Positions 20,945-33,514 of a stretch of 48,615 nucleotides of DNA are shown here, in pieces; within the stretch, counting starts at the first letter, position 1, and the number at the start of each line of letters is the position of its first letter. Both the position numbers and the translations under genes were made by a program. Below the pieces are notes generated by a model. It saw nothing but the letters and a program-made list of their open reading frames with translations, was not told the origin of the DNA and made no database searches. Source of the stretch: an uncultured cyanobacterium (GTDB lineage: Bacteria > Cyanobacteriota > Cyanobacteriia > Leptolyngbyales > Leptolyngbyaceae); the NCBI GenBank assembly GCA_963766075.1, contig CAVYAN010000119.1, positions 1 to 48,615 of the forward strand, written 5' to 3'.

Positions 20945-23579
20945 CTAGGGAGCTTTTTTACTAAAGCTGAGGCGATCGCCCTGGAGATCAATCAAAATCG
21001 TGTCACCTTCGCCAAAGGCGTTTTCCAGAATTTTGGTGGCGATCGGGTTTTGCAACTCCCGTTGCAGCGCTCGCTTCAGCGGACGTGCCCCATAGGTGGG
21101 ATCAAAGCCCGACTCGGCAATGTGATCCATCGCGGCAGGCGTCATTTCTAGGGCAATTTTTTGATCCGCCAGCAACTGCTCGATCCGCTTGATTTGTAAC
21201 CCGACGATCGCACTAAGTTCCCTGCGGCCTAGAGTATGGAAAATGATCGTGTCATCAATCCGGTTGAGAAACTCCGGACGGAAATGCTTTCGCAGCGCTG
21301 CCATCACCCGATTTTCCATTTCACCATAGCGAGCCTCATCGCCCGAAACATCCAGAATATGTTCACTGCCAATGTTACTGGTCATGACGATCACGGCATT
21401 GCGGAAATCCACCGAGCGCCCTTGAGAATCCGTAATTCGACCATCGTCCAGCACTTGCAGCAGCACGTTAAACACATCAGGATGGGCTTTTTCCACTTCG
21501 TCCAGCAGAATCACCGCGTAGGGTTTGCGGCGCACCGCTTCCGAAAGTTGACCGCCCTCTTCATAGCCGACGTAGCCCGGAGGCGCACCAATCAGTCGGG
21601 CAACGGAATGTTTTTCCATATACTCCGACATATCCAGTCGAATGGTGGAATCTTCGGCATCGAACAGAAATTGGGCCAATGCCTTCGCCAGTTCGGTTTT
21701 GCCCACCCCTGTGGGACCCATAAACAGAAAAGAGCCAATTGGACGACTGGGATCTTTCATGCCAGAGCGGGCGCGGCGGATGGCAGCAGCAACGGCTTCT
21801 ACAGCTTCCTCCTGACCTACCACTCGCTGGTGCAGGTGGCTTTCGAGTTGCAAGAGCTTTTGCCGTTCCGACTCCAGCAGGCGGGTGACGGGAATGCCCG
21901 TCCAGCGGGCCACGATTTCGGCAATATCGGCGGCGGTGACTTCTTCCCGCAGCAGGGCGGCCCCTTGGGCGTGGATTTCCAGGAGTTTGGCTTCTTGAAT
22001 TTCGCGATCGCGCTGCACCGCTTCCAATTTGCCATACTTCAGTTGGGCGGCGGTGTTGAGATCATAGGCGCGTTCGGCCTGCTCAATCTGCACCCGCAGG
22101 CCATCTTCTTTTTCCTTTTAAAGCATTAATTGCTTCCAGGACTTGTTTTTCGGTTTGCCATTGGGCATCGAAGTCGGTCTTTTTGACGGTGAGATCGGTG
22201 ATTTCCTGGTTGATTTTGGTCAGTCGATCCTGGAAGCCGCGATCGGTAAGGCCCGTAGTTCGGGTAGTCTTGCCTTCGCCCTCCAGGGACAGCTTTTCCA
22301 TTTCCAACTGCATGAGGCGGCGATCGATGGCCTCCAGTTCGGCGGGCTTGGAGGTAATTTCCATTTTCAATTTGGCGGCGGATTCGTCCACCAGGTCGAT
22401 CGCTTTATCGGGCAAAAAGCGATCGCTAATGTACCGCGAGGACAGCATCGCTGCCGCCACCAAGGCCGAATCGGTAATCTTCACGCCGTGGTGCACTTCG
22501 TAGCGTTCCTTTAAGCCCCGCAAAATCGAAATGGTGTCCTCCACGCTGGGCTGATCCACCAACACCTGCTGGAACCGGCGCTCCAGCGCGGCATCTTTTT
22601 CGATGTACTTACGGTATTCGTCCAGAGTCGTGGCCCCAATACAGCGCAGTTCCCCGCGCGCCAGCATGGGCTTCAGCAGATTTCCGGCATCCATGTTGCC
22701 CTGGCCCGATCCGGTGCCGATGACCGTGTGCAGTTCATCAATGAACAGGACAATTTGGCCATCGGAGTTCATGACTTCCTTAAGCACGGTCCGCAGTCGT
22801 TCCTCAAACTCGCCGCGATATTTCGCCCCGGCAATCAGCGATCCCATGTCCAGAGAAATGAGGGTGCGGTTTTTCAGAGACTCCGGCACATCGCCGTTGA
22901 CGATGCGCTGGGCCAGTCCTTCGGCGATCGCGGTTTTGCCCACCCCGGGTTCACCGATCAGAACTGGATTATTCTTCGCCCGTCGGGACAGCACCTGCAC
23001 CACCCGGCGAATTTCCTCATCCCGGCCAATCACCGGATCAATCTTGCCCGCTTTGGCTTTTTCCGTCAGGTCGATGCCGTACTTTTCCAGGGCCGCATAA
23101 CGAGATTCGGGGCTTTGGTCCGTGACCTTTTGACTGCCGCGCAGTTCCGTAACGGCGACTTCCAACTTCCGAAAATCCGAATCCATCCCCCGCAGGGCCG
23201 CCTGAAAGCGGGGATCTCCCGAAAAACCCAGTACCAGATGCTCCACTGAAATAAAGTCATCCTGGAGGTTCGTGCGCGCTTCGTCCGCCCGATCTAACAT
23301 TTGTTCCAAACTGCGCCCAACGTAAAGCTGCTCGGACCCGCCTGGAGCCACCTTGGGATAGCGGCGCACCACTTCCTCAATGCGCTGCACCACTTTTTGC
23401 GGCTCTAAGCCCGCCCGCGAAAAAATCTTGGGGGCCAGTCCGTCTTTTTGTTCTAGCAGCGCCACCATTAAATGCTCGGCGTGTAAGTCCTGGTTCTTGT
23501 AGCGGCGGACAACATCCTGTGATTGCACGATCGCTTCCCAAGCTTGGTCTGTAAACTTATCGGGGTCAGTGGGCTGCAT
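20945..23579 (-). CDS. clpB: ATP-dependent chaperone ClpB; 1-nt insertion near 22116-22119
   Basis: [10 protein letters not shown] start, two Walker A motifs ([16 protein letters not shown]), M-domain coiled coil; removing one base joins the ORFs as [19 protein letters not shown]. Confidence 0.95.
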
Positions 23580-23982
23580 GTTTGAATAAGATATCCGAGT
23601 AGAAAAATTGCCAAGCATCTGGCAGGAACTAGGCTTTCAGTATAGCGAAAGGGGGCCTCTAGTATTGCGAAATGGCGATCACGAAATGGCGTATAGCCAG
23701 ATGGCACCGAACTCTCTGAATTATCCGGGGGCGTCTTTGGTTTCGCGCGCATCGTCACTGGAATGCTCCAGCTATTATCCACCGGGTGGCGGCGATGGCG
23801 ATCACTGATCTCTGTAACTCTCGGGCTTGTGTTGAGACGCTTATGTTGGGATGCTTACGATTCAACCGATTGCTAATTTAGGGCGAATCATGGTGTTGAT
23901 TTGATTTCTTCAATGCCTCAATCAATGCCTCAACCAATGCCTCAACAGCATGGCTCAGGCGGTTCATAAATGCGGGAAACGG

Positions 23983-25194
23983 TTATGCCATAGAGCTGGA
24001 AAAATTCGCCGGATCCTGATCCCGCCGATGCTGCGTGGGCAGGGGCGGACTTTGGCGATCGCCCACTAAAGCTGCGGTTGCCTCCAGCGCGGTCCGCAAC
24101 CGCTTAGCCGCATAGATCGACATATCTCTGGGCACGCTAATCCGATCCCGCAAATAGCGCAGCGCCACATCACTCTCTGGCGGCGGTGGGCAGTCTTCCC
24201 CGGTGATCATGTGGGTCAGCGCGCAGCGCAGGGCGGTGTCCATCAGGAGGTCATCGGCGGGATTCACGCGAATAATATTTTTGTGGTGCTTAATCACTCG
24301 GCTGAGGGCTTCGGCGCGCGAGGTTTCCGGTTCGGGCGCAGTTACATCCGGTAGTCCGAACCAGGGGCCGCGATCGACGCGCTGCTGATTTAGCTGCGTT
24401 TGGGGATCGGTATTTTCCCAACAGCCGCCCATTTGAGGGGGGAGATCATGGGCGTGGGTGTGAAAGTCGCTCTGGGTGCCGCGATAGGTGGGGCGGCTTT
24501 CCATCGCCGCAAACCAGGCAGCGAGGCGCGGATTTTCCTGCCGCAGGGAATAGCCCCTGTAGTAGTACAGGCTGGCATCCATCCGCTCGACGTAGGGCGT
24601 AAAGATCACGTCAGCGGTGCTAAATTGCTCCAAAAAGTAGGGGCCAGGAGTATTGCCTAGGGCCTCCTCGATCTGATCAACTACTGCGGTAAAGGTATCG
24701 CGCTGGTGCTGATCTTCGCGGGAGGTACGGGCCGGACGACAGAGCCAGCCGCACCAGGCCCGGAATAATAGGCGCTCTAGCCGCCGCAAGGGCAGCACTG
24801 TTCGGTCTTCCATGCCGAGATGCAAAGGACCAAAGACTTGCTCCAAGGCCAGTAAAATGTCATCACTTTCGGTGATGATGCGACCCTTCAGGGCGATCGC
24901 CGGGAGCATTCCCGAAGGCACCAGACGCTTGTACCAAGTTTCTTTCTCGCCGTAGCAAAACATGGTAACCTTTTCGATGCGGTAAGGAATCTGTTTTTCC
25001 TCCAGCCACAGCCAGACCTTCTGGCAATAGGGACACCAAGCGTGGTGGTCGCGGTAGAGCGTTACCTGTACAGCGGATTCGGGCTGGCCAAAGAGGCGGA
25101 GGCGGGTCTGGGCATTGGTGGGGCCATTGACCGGATCCGGTTGCCAGTCTGTGAGGGTGGCTAATTCTGTCCAACTAAGGGGATTAAGGGGCAT
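23983..25194 (-). CDS. Glutathione S-transferase family protein
   Basis: [22 protein letters not shown] and ITESD motifs; start MPLNPLSW. Confidence 0.9.
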   Translation of the reverse strand: MPLNPLSWTELATLTDWQPDPVNGPTNAQTRLRLFGQPESAVQVTLYRDHHAWCPYCQKVWLWLEEKQIPYRIEKVTMFCYGEKETWYKRLVPSGMLPAIALKGRIITESDDILLALEQVFGPLHLGMEDRTVLPLRRLERLLFRAWCGWLCRPARTSREDQHQRDTFTAVVDQIEEALGNTPGPYFLEQFSTADVIFTPYVERMDASLYYYRGYSLRQENPRLAAWFAAMESRPTYRGTQSDFHTHAHDLPPQMGGCWENTDPQTQLNQQRVDRGPWFGLPDVTAPEPETSRAEALSRVIKHHKNIIRVNPADDLLMDTALRCALTHMITGEDCPPPPESDVALRYLRDRISVPRDMSIYAAKRLRTALEATAALVGDRQSPPLPTQHRRDQDPANFSSSMA

Positions 25195-25294
25195 GGAAAT
25201 GGGGGCAAACTCGATACGGTATCCGCAACTGGTCTGAGTATAGCGCTGGTCTGAAGCCGCGAGGAAGTCTGACCTAGCACCCACCAAATCTCAA

Positions 25295-26119
25295 TTACCC
25301 CAAACTTTCTCGTGTTGTTCGGCGGGTAAAGGAGTTCCGTACATCCAGCTCACTGGCCGGACGCCCTAGAAGATGCGATCGCACCGTCGCACTCATTCCC
25401 GTAACCTGACTGAAATCTGCCCCAGCAATACTCTGCAATGTCTCTATTTCCACATCGGTAAAATCCGCCGCCCGAAAATCTACGCCACTGGCATCAACGT
25501 TATTCATGCGCACCTGGCGCAAACAAGCCCCCGTCAAAAACGCCTGCCGCAGATCCGCACCGCTCAGCCGTGACCCGGTTAAATCGGCCTCGGTGAAGTC
25601 TGTCCCGCTCAAATAAGCTCCCAGAAAATTCACCCCTTGCAGATCCGCCCCGCGCAGATTCACCGTATTCAAAAATGCCCCATTCAGCAACGCGCCAGGA
25701 CCAATCGCCCCCGATTTTTGATAGGCAAACCCGTCTGTCCAGACCGTTTGGCGATCGTAGCGCGCCATCTGAAACCGCGCTCCCTCCAGAGTGGCCCCCG
25801 TCAAATCCGCCCGATGCAGAGTAGCACGACTTAGACAGGCCCCGGCTCCATTCACTCCCGTCAAGATCGCCCCCTGCAAATTCGCCCCGCGCAAATCCGT
25901 ATCCCGCAAATTCGCCCCGCGCAAATCCGCGTCTTGCAAATTCGCCCCCCCCAAGTTGAGCGCCGACAAATCACAGCCCCTCAGATCAACACCAGCCAAA
26001 TCCAGTTGATACAGGTCATAGTGACGGGCCGCAGGCGATCGCAGCAGCTCGACCCATTCCCCTTTTGCGATCGGCTGCACCAGCACACCAGGGATTTCAT
26101 TAGTTAAAAAATTGCTCAT
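25295..26119 (-). CDS. Pentapeptide-repeat protein
   Basis: Two blocks of A(D/N)LxG repeats. Confidence 0.9.
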   Translation of the reverse strand: MSNFLTNEIPGVLVQPIAKGEWVELLRSPAARHYDLYQLDLAGVDLRGCDLSALNLGGANLQDADLRGANLRDTDLRGANLQGAILTGVNGAGACLSRATLHRADLTGATLEGARFQMARYDRQTVWTDGFAYQKSGAIGPGALLNGAFLNTVNLRGADLQGVNFLGAYLSGTDFTEADLTGSRLSGADLRQAFLTGACLRQVRMNNVDASGVDFRAADFTDVEIETLQSIAGADFSQVTGMSATVRSHLLGRPASELDVRNSFTRRTTRESLG

Positions 26120-26307
26120 TTTGGCGAACTTGATTGGCGAAATTGACAGGATCGAAATTGACAAGATATTGATCGTAATAGCACTGAAATTTAAACAAGA
26201 CAGCCCGTGCTACTGCGGCTTATTCTACCGCTTGTGGGGAGCCCCCCCAGCGGTGTAGGGTTTTGGGGTATTGAATTCAGCCGTTATTTTTCAGCCGTTA
26301 TCTGCTG

Positions 26308-26377
26308 AGTAACCGCTATATCCCAAGTAACCGCTATATCCCAAGCCCAAGTAACCGCCATATCCCAAGTAACAGCC
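26308..26377. repeat. 18-bp tandem repeat abutting the cpeU start
   Basis: AGTAACCGCYATATCCCA three times plus a partial copy. Confidence 0.85.
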
Positions 26378-26965
26378 ATGCGTCCCGACATTCCCCTGAC
26401 CATGATGGACTTCTTTCGCAAAAGCGCAGGCACCTGGTTCACCCAACGCAAAGTCCACCATTTCGACATGCTGGCTGATGAATCCGGCGAATCCAATCTA
26501 ATTGTCCAAGTCATTGAGCCCGCCGATCCCCGAGTTACCCAGGTCTGTATCGAGCAAGGCATCGATCCAGCACGCGCCCTGGGGGGAGCCAGCTTTTTAT
26601 GGCAAGACAACCTCGACGATGTCTCCCCCAATGCCGACTACGCCGCCATCCTCATTGACATCCCCGCCGACAACACCCGCACATCAGGCAAACTGATTCG
26701 CAACCGAGGTTACGTGGAAAAAATTCCCGTGATCTGCCGCTACTGGTTCGGCAAAGACGGTGTGCTCACGATTGACACCGAATATGAAAACAATCAAGGC
26801 CAGGAACGCTGCTGGTTCGTGACCGACGATTTCCGCATTCGGGTCAGCACGGTCAAACTCATGGACGGTGTGCAATTGGCAGCCTACTGCTCCGAGCGGC
26901 GCTGTGTTTCCGAGGAGCGGCTACATGCCATGGTGCAGCAAAACTTGGCAAGAACCGGACAATAA
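26378..26965 (+). CDS. cpeU: CpcS/CpeS-superfamily phycobiliprotein lyase, CpeU-like
   Basis: FFRKSAGTWFTQRKVHHFD, GYVEK, DGVLTI and ERCWFVTD motifs; directly upstream of cpeB. Confidence 0.75.
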   Translation: MRPDIPLTMMDFFRKSAGTWFTQRKVHHFDMLADESGESNLIVQVIEPADPRVTQVCIEQGIDPARALGGASFLWQDNLDDVSPNADYAAILIDIPADNTRTSGKLIRNRGYVEKIPVICRYWFGKDGVLTIDTEYENNQGQERCWFVTDDFRIRVSTVKLMDGVQLAAYCSERRCVSEERLHAMVQQNLARTGQ

Positions 26966-26997
26966 TTAAGTAAGCATCGGAAAATCAAGAATCGCTT

Positions 26998-27013
26998 TTG
27001 TTACGGATTGTTG
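26998..27013 (+). promoter_or_regulatory. TTGTTA-N4-TTGTTG direct repeat in the cpeBA promoter
   Basis: One mismatch from the TTGTTA-N4-TTGTTA motif known from the Fremyella cpeBA promoter. Confidence 0.6.
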
Positions 27014-27065
27014 CTTTGTTTCTCATAACTGGGACTTAAGCCTACTCCTGTCCCTATGTTTGTAA

Positions 27066-27680
<615 letters not shown>

Positions 27681-27795
27681 TCGCTGTGGTGCTAGCCGTG
27701 CTTTTCGCGCTAGCCCTCTTCGGGCGATTGCCCCGTGCGATTAGCCCAATCCTCCGAAATCTACATCGAAATTAAGTCAAATCTGGAGATAGTAA

Positions 27796-28293
<498 letters not shown>

Positions 28294-28344
28294 TGACTGG
28301 ACTTGATTTAGACGTGGTTTAATAAACATTGAGTCTGAATCAAT

Positions 28345-28387
28345 GACTAAGGGATTCTAAGTCTGATGACTTAAGAGTCCCTTAGTT
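28345..28387 (+). terminator. Hairpin after cpeA
   Basis: ACTAAGGGA..TAAGTC / GACTTA..TCCCTTAGT followed by a T-rich tract. Confidence 0.7.
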
Positions 28388-28575
28388 GTGTTTTTTAGGG
28401 TTATGAACATTTCAGTTAATGCTTTGGTGCTGATCGCCATATATTCTTGGGATCGTTGCGATTTTCAATGGATAATTTCTTCAGTCCAGAGACAGGCGGC
28501 ATCATGAGGTTTGCCAACTCTCTTTGATTTTTGATTCGGCCTGATTTTTGATTCAGCTTGGTTTTTTAGACTCCT

Positions 28576-29868
28576 ATGGATAAGCGCTTTTTCAATCTGT
28601 TTAATTTAACGGAAGCCGAAGCCATTAAGCTGCTGGATACGCCGCAGGATCAGGTGGGTGAGGATGATTCTCGCTACATTGCCGCCGCGCATTTGGTGAA
28701 CTTTCCCACAGCCGATGCCATTAATGCGCTGATCCGGGTCGTGCAAACTCCCGCCCCAGAATTAGATGGTCGGATTGTGCGGCGGAAGGCGGTGGAAACC
28801 TTGGGACGCCTACAGGCTGATCGAGCGTTGCCGGTGTTGCAGTCCTGCTTGGCCGATGAGGATGGCTATACGGTGGAGAATGCGGTGTGGGCGATCGCCG
28901 AAATCGGCACCGAGGATACTGCCCTCTTAGCAGAAGTGGCCGACTTGCTAGATAAGCCGGGGCAAACCTATCGCGTGATTATCCACACCCTGGCCAAATT
29001 AGACTATCAACCTGCACTGGAAAAAATCCGCTCTTTTATAGATGCCGAGGATAAAACTATTGCCAGTGCCGCGATCGCTGCCGTCTGTCGCCTATCCCGC
29101 GATAATAGCTTGATGACACAGGTCGTGGAATTTTTGCAGCATTCCAATGTGTATACCCGGCGGCTGTGTATTCAGGATTTAGTGGATGCTCACTACTACA
29201 GTGCGATTCCGCAGATCGCTCAGGCCCCGGTATCCTTGGTGTTTCGCCTGCGCGGAATTCGATTGCTGGCCACCGCAGGCATTCCAACAGGGGCGATCGC
29301 CTTTGAGGCTGTGGAACCCTGGCTCGATCAGGTGATTCGTGACCATCCTGCAGATCTGAATTTGGTGCATGAGTATGATCAGCCGCCGGTTTTAGAATTC
29401 CTGATCCGCGAACTGTACGAAACCGACTTTGGGCGCTGCTATTTGGCCACCCAAACCCTGCTGGATCACCATGCCGATGTTGCCCCCGCCGCCCTACTGG
29501 CCACCTATGCCGCAGAAGCCGTGGCGGATTATGGAGCCCATTATCATGTGATGAAGCTGCTGGGCTGGCTACACTATACTCCCGGCTACGATCTCCTGAT
29601 CGAAGCTCTAAACAATCGCGAGCCACAGTTTCAGAAGTCCCGAGCCGCGGCGGCGATCGCCCTAGGCGAACTGGCGGATTCCCGAGCCATTCCTGAACTA
29701 CGAGCGTGTTTAACGGCTCCCATTTGGGATCTGAAGTACGCGGCCTTAATCAGCCTTGCGAAGCTGGGCGATACTGACAGTCCAGCCCAACTGCTTGACG
29801 ATGCTGACTGGATAGTCCGGGAGAAAGCTCAACGGCTGCTCAGCCCAGTTTTGCTATCGCAATCGTAA
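28576..29868 (+). CDS. cpeY: Phycoerythrobilin lyase CpeY (HEAT repeats)
   Basis: MDKRFFNLFNLTE, RYIAAAHL, DFGRCYLA, DYGAHYHV; position after cpeBA. Confidence 0.9.
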   Translation: MDKRFFNLFNLTEAEAIKLLDTPQDQVGEDDSRYIAAAHLVNFPTADAINALIRVVQTPAPELDGRIVRRKAVETLGRLQADRALPVLQSCLADEDGYTVENAVWAIAEIGTEDTALLAEVADLLDKPGQTYRVIIHTLAKLDYQPALEKIRSFIDAEDKTIASAAIAAVCRLSRDNSLMTQVVEFLQHSNVYTRRLCIQDLVDAHYYSAIPQIAQAPVSLVFRLRGIRLLATAGIPTGAIAFEAVEPWLDQVIRDHPADLNLVHEYDQPPVLEFLIRELYETDFGRCYLATQTLLDHHADVAPAALLATYAAEAVADYGAHYHVMKLLGWLHYTPGYDLLIEALNNREPQFQKSRAAAAIALGELADSRAIPELRACLTAPIWDLKYAALISLAKLGDTDSPAQLLDDADWIVREKAQRLLSPVLLSQS

Positions 29869-29952
29869 CCGCAACCCCACAGAACCAGACCAGACAGAAC
29901 CAGACCCGTTGCCCCCTAACCTTTTTTAGAGCCTAATCTAGAGCTGATTTGT

Positions 29953-30567
29953 ATGACGACTGACGCCTGCTTCGAGCAACTCAAACACCCAAACCCTCAC
30001 CTCCGCGATCGCGCCATGGCAGAAATTGCCGAAACCCGTGACGCCACCACCATTCCCCGCCTCATGGCAATTTTGGATGATGAGAATGTGGTCTATCGGC
30101 GGGCCGCCGTCAAAGCCCTGGGCTTGGTTGGGGCCGAGGCCGTCCCGGCGATCGTCGAAGCCTTACTCCACAGCAATAACGTCACCGTGCGCGGCAGTGC
30201 TGCCAAAGCCCTGGCCCAGATCGCCGTCAACTATCCCGAACTCCCCTTTCCTGAAGCGGGACTACAGGGATTAAAAATAGCCCTGACCGACGCTAATCCC
30301 GTGGTCTATATTGCTGCTGCGATGGCACTCGGCGAAATGGGCATGCCTGCTTACGATATTTTGATCGAGGGACTGCACACAACGGATAACATCGCAGTGC
30401 AGGTTTCGCTGGTCAATGCCCTTGCCTCCATTGGCGGCGAACAGGCCGCAGCAGTACTGACCCAATTTGCCCAGGATGAATCAGCAGATGCCTACGTCCG
30501 CGAGACGGCTGCCAGTGCATTGTCACGGGTAGAGCTGGTCAAAAAGAATACACCACCGGGACGATAG
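29953..30567 (+). CDS. cpeZ: CpeZ HEAT-repeat chaperone/lyase partner
   Basis: LKHPNPHLR..VYRRAAVKALG; follows cpeY. Confidence 0.88.
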   Translation: MTTDACFEQLKHPNPHLRDRAMAEIAETRDATTIPRLMAILDDENVVYRRAAVKALGLVGAEAVPAIVEALLHSNNVTVRGSAAKALAQIAVNYPELPFPEAGLQGLKIALTDANPVVYIAAAMALGEMGMPAYDILIEGLHTTDNIAVQVSLVNALASIGGEQAAAVLTQFAQDESADAYVRETAASALSRVELVKKNTPPGR

Positions 30568-30725
30568 TAGCCTGATGACTCAACCCTTACAGATCTCATT
30601 GCCGAAATTATCCTAGCCCCAAAAATGAGTGAAAACGCACTCCTCTAAAAAACTATTCCCGTTACAACTTTGCTCTCTAAAAGTCATCTCAAACCATACC
30701 AATCAGAACCCAACAGGATAAACCC

Positions 30726-30965
30726 ATGGCTGATATCTCAGAAGTCACCGCATTAGAACAAGAAACGGCCCAGGACTTGGCGGAGGTCATTGCCGAATTA
30801 GAGCACTACCGCGATCGCCTCCTCAACGAGACTTTGGAAAATGCCAAAAAAGCCAAGTTAATGAAAGCCGCCGTTATGGCCCAACTGGACCCAGAATTAG
30901 CAAAAATCGACACCATGCTGCAGGAATTACGCGATCGCTTGGCCACAATTGTCGATAGTCACTAG
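30726..30965 (+). CDS. Small helical hypothetical protein in the PE locus
   Basis: 79 aa, heptad-like pattern; AGGA upstream. Confidence 0.75.
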   Translation: MADISEVTALEQETAQDLAEVIAELEHYRDRLLNETLENAKKAKLMKAAVMAQLDPELAKIDTMLQELRDRLATIVDSH

Positions 30966-31070
30966 AAGCAGTTAGAAATTAAAAATGCAAAATCAGAAAT
31001 GCTCATTCTGGATTAACATTTTTAACTTTGAATTTTTAATTGTTCTCCACTTCTTAGGTGTCCTGAAATT

Positions 31071-32003
31071 ATGACTAATTCCCCTGCTACGCCATCGACA
31101 GACGAGGCGATCGCCTTAGCGCAGGCCGAAACCGATGACCTGCTGCACAGGGTTAATGAGCAGGTGCAGGACCGCACCTTTGATGCGACTGATGGGGTGA
31201 TTTTACAACAATTGGTGGAAATCCTGGGGGATGGACGCGGCACAACCCGCCTGCGCTGTGCCACTATTCTGGGCGAAATTGGCTCGCCAGCTATTCCCTT
31301 TTTGCTCACGGCCCTGCTGGAGCATCCGCATGTAGTCGTCCGCCGTGCTGCCGCCAAAACGATTACGTTGATTGCTGATCCCAGCGCAATTCCGGCCTTG
31401 ATTCAGGCTCTTTCTGAAGATGAGGATACGGTGGTTCAGGGGTCAGCGGTGGGCGCTTTGGCACGGATGGGATCGGCGGCGGTACCGGTGCTGTTAGAAA
31501 TTCTGGCCTCGCTAGACCGCACAGAAAGTGCTAAGGGCCATGCGGCCTGGGCCTTAGCCTTTATTGGTTCGGAGGCGCGGGCGGACTTGTATCGCGAGAT
31601 TCATTCGGCGTTACCCGCCGTGCGGAGTGCTGTAGTCGGGGCGATCGCCAAAATTGCTCAGGAAAATCCCACGGAGGCGCAGGCGTTCGATCTGCTGGTG
31701 CAAGCCCTCTCGGATCCTGCGGAAAATGTCCGCTATGAGGCGGCATCGGCCTTGGGCAACCTGGCCTATAAGCCTGCCATCCCCCATTTACTGGAACTAT
31801 TGCAGCACCCCGAATGGGAAACGCGCAAGGCAGGAGCTTTAGCACTCATGAAAGTGGGGGATAGCGGAGAGATTTTAGCCCTTCGGTCGGCCTTGACCCA
31901 GGAATCGGAAGCAGCGGTGCAGTCCGTGATTAAACTGGCGATTGGGCAAATTGAGAGACGGCAACGCGAGCAGCACTCTGCCGAAACCGACTGGGATGAT
32001 TAA
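31071..32003 (+). CDS. cpeF: CpeF/MpeV-like HEAT-repeat bilin lyase
   Basis: LGDGRGTTRL..LGEIG, VVVRRAAAKTITLI and KGHAAWALAFIG motifs. Confidence 0.78.
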   Translation: MTNSPATPSTDEAIALAQAETDDLLHRVNEQVQDRTFDATDGVILQQLVEILGDGRGTTRLRCATILGEIGSPAIPFLLTALLEHPHVVVRRAAAKTITLIADPSAIPALIQALSEDEDTVVQGSAVGALARMGSAAVPVLLEILASLDRTESAKGHAAWALAFIGSEARADLYREIHSALPAVRSAVVGAIAKIAQENPTEAQAFDLLVQALSDPAENVRYEAASALGNLAYKPAIPHLLELLQHPEWETRKAGALALMKVGDSGEILALRSALTQESEAAVQSVIKLAIGQIERRQREQHSAETDWDD

Positions 32004-32332
32004 TTGGGATGATTAGGGGAACAGCCGGGATCCGTGAAAGTAGCTAACGCGGGTTCTGTGGGAATCGGTCTAATAGGCGCGACAGCGGGAAAGTCAGCCC
32101 GGGGATCACCCTGGATCAATCAGTGGCGGCATTTTATTGTGCAGTAGGGCATTAAAAAACAAGGCGTAAACAACCGCCAGAAAATACCTGGACTAGTGGG
32201 CCGGAGTAGCAACCTTAGGGATCGGGCAAAAACTAGATTCCCTGGCTATACTGAGCGCGGGCGCATGAGCCTAAATCGTCAGAAATCTGTTCTCCCCAAG
32301 AATTTTCCCCAAGATCGCATTTCCTCTGCGCC

Positions 32333-33121
32333 ATGTTTCTTTTTCTCTCTAAACTGTTGCCCCTATTCTTATATCCCCTGGGGTTTACCTGTCTGCTGAT
32401 GCTCATTGTCTTAGGGCTGATCTGGAAAAAGCCGCGCTGGGCCGCAGGCGTGTTGGGCATTGCTTTAGTCATTTTGCTCGTGAGCAGCAGTGAATGGACG
32501 GCACAGAAACTCCTGCATTCCCTCGAATTCCAAAATATCCCGATGGGGGAATTGCCCACCGTCGATGCGATCGTCGTGCTGGGTGGGGCCACGTCGCCTC
32601 AGACGCCCCCCCGGCCCTGGGTTGAACTACACCAGGAGAGCGATCGCATCTTCTACGGGGCGCAGCTATTTCGGCAGGGCAAAGCTCCCAAAATTATCCT
32701 CAGCGGGGGGCGGATGGACTGGTCCAGCAAGGACGACAGTTCCTCCGAGTCGGCAGATATGGTAAAGGTCTTGGAATTTGTGGGCATCCCCGCCACTGCC
32801 CTCATCCAGGAACCCAATTCGCTGAATACCCGCCAAAATGCCGTGAACGTTAAGAAAATTATGGATGCTCAGGGGATCAAGCGCATTCTCCTGGTGACTT
32901 CGGCTTTTCATATGCCGCGATCGCTGGCCATTTTTAGAAAGTTGGGGATCGATGCGATCGCTGCTCCGACGGACTTCCGGACCCTTTATCCCCGAGCGTA
33001 TATCAGCCCTGAATCCGTCCTCCTCAGCACCTTGCCCACCGCCGAACATCTGGCCTATACCAGCAAAGCCCTGAAGGAGTACGTCGGGCTCTTAGCCTAT
33101 TGGCTACGAGGCTGGGTCTAG
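32333..33121 (+). CDS. YdcF/ElyC (DUF218) family protein
   Basis: DAIVVLGG, ILSGG, NTRQNA and LLVTSAFHMPRS motifs. Confidence 0.92.
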   Translation: MFLFLSKLLPLFLYPLGFTCLLMLIVLGLIWKKPRWAAGVLGIALVILLVSSSEWTAQKLLHSLEFQNIPMGELPTVDAIVVLGGATSPQTPPRPWVELHQESDRIFYGAQLFRQGKAPKIILSGGRMDWSSKDDSSSESADMVKVLEFVGIPATALIQEPNSLNTRQNAVNVKKIMDAQGIKRILLVTSAFHMPRSLAIFRKLGIDAIAAPTDFRTLYPRAYISPESVLLSTLPTAEHLAYTSKALKEYVGLLAYWLRGWV

Positions 33122-33514
33122 GAAAATCCTGAGTCTAGGGAAATATTGGCCCGGATCCGCAATTTCTTTACAAGACTTGACTAACTTTTGTAAATATGCG
33201 GGGCGAAATTGCGGGTGATTTTGCAAATTAAAGTAACAAAAATTCGCTGCGATTTTGTCGAATTGTGACGGGTATTGGCTGAAAACTGCTTCTGGTGGCG
33301 GTTTTCTGGTAAAAATAACTTTGGACAAGTTCATAAACCGCTGTTTAAATTCTGAGTGTGCCCCCAAGGCTATTTGTTTTTTGTTCCGCAATCTGCATTG
33401 GATTCGGCTCGTCTGCCCCAGGCTTGCCCTCTCCCCGCAGATGAACCAAACAAGTCGCCGGGAGCCATTTCTACCTCTCTCAATACGCATTTCACTTAGA
33501 AGGAGCCTAGCCGC

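Noticed and set aside
22095..22125. Programmed frameshift in clpB
   Set aside because: One extra base in a homopolymer explains it, and similar indels occur in four unrelated genes
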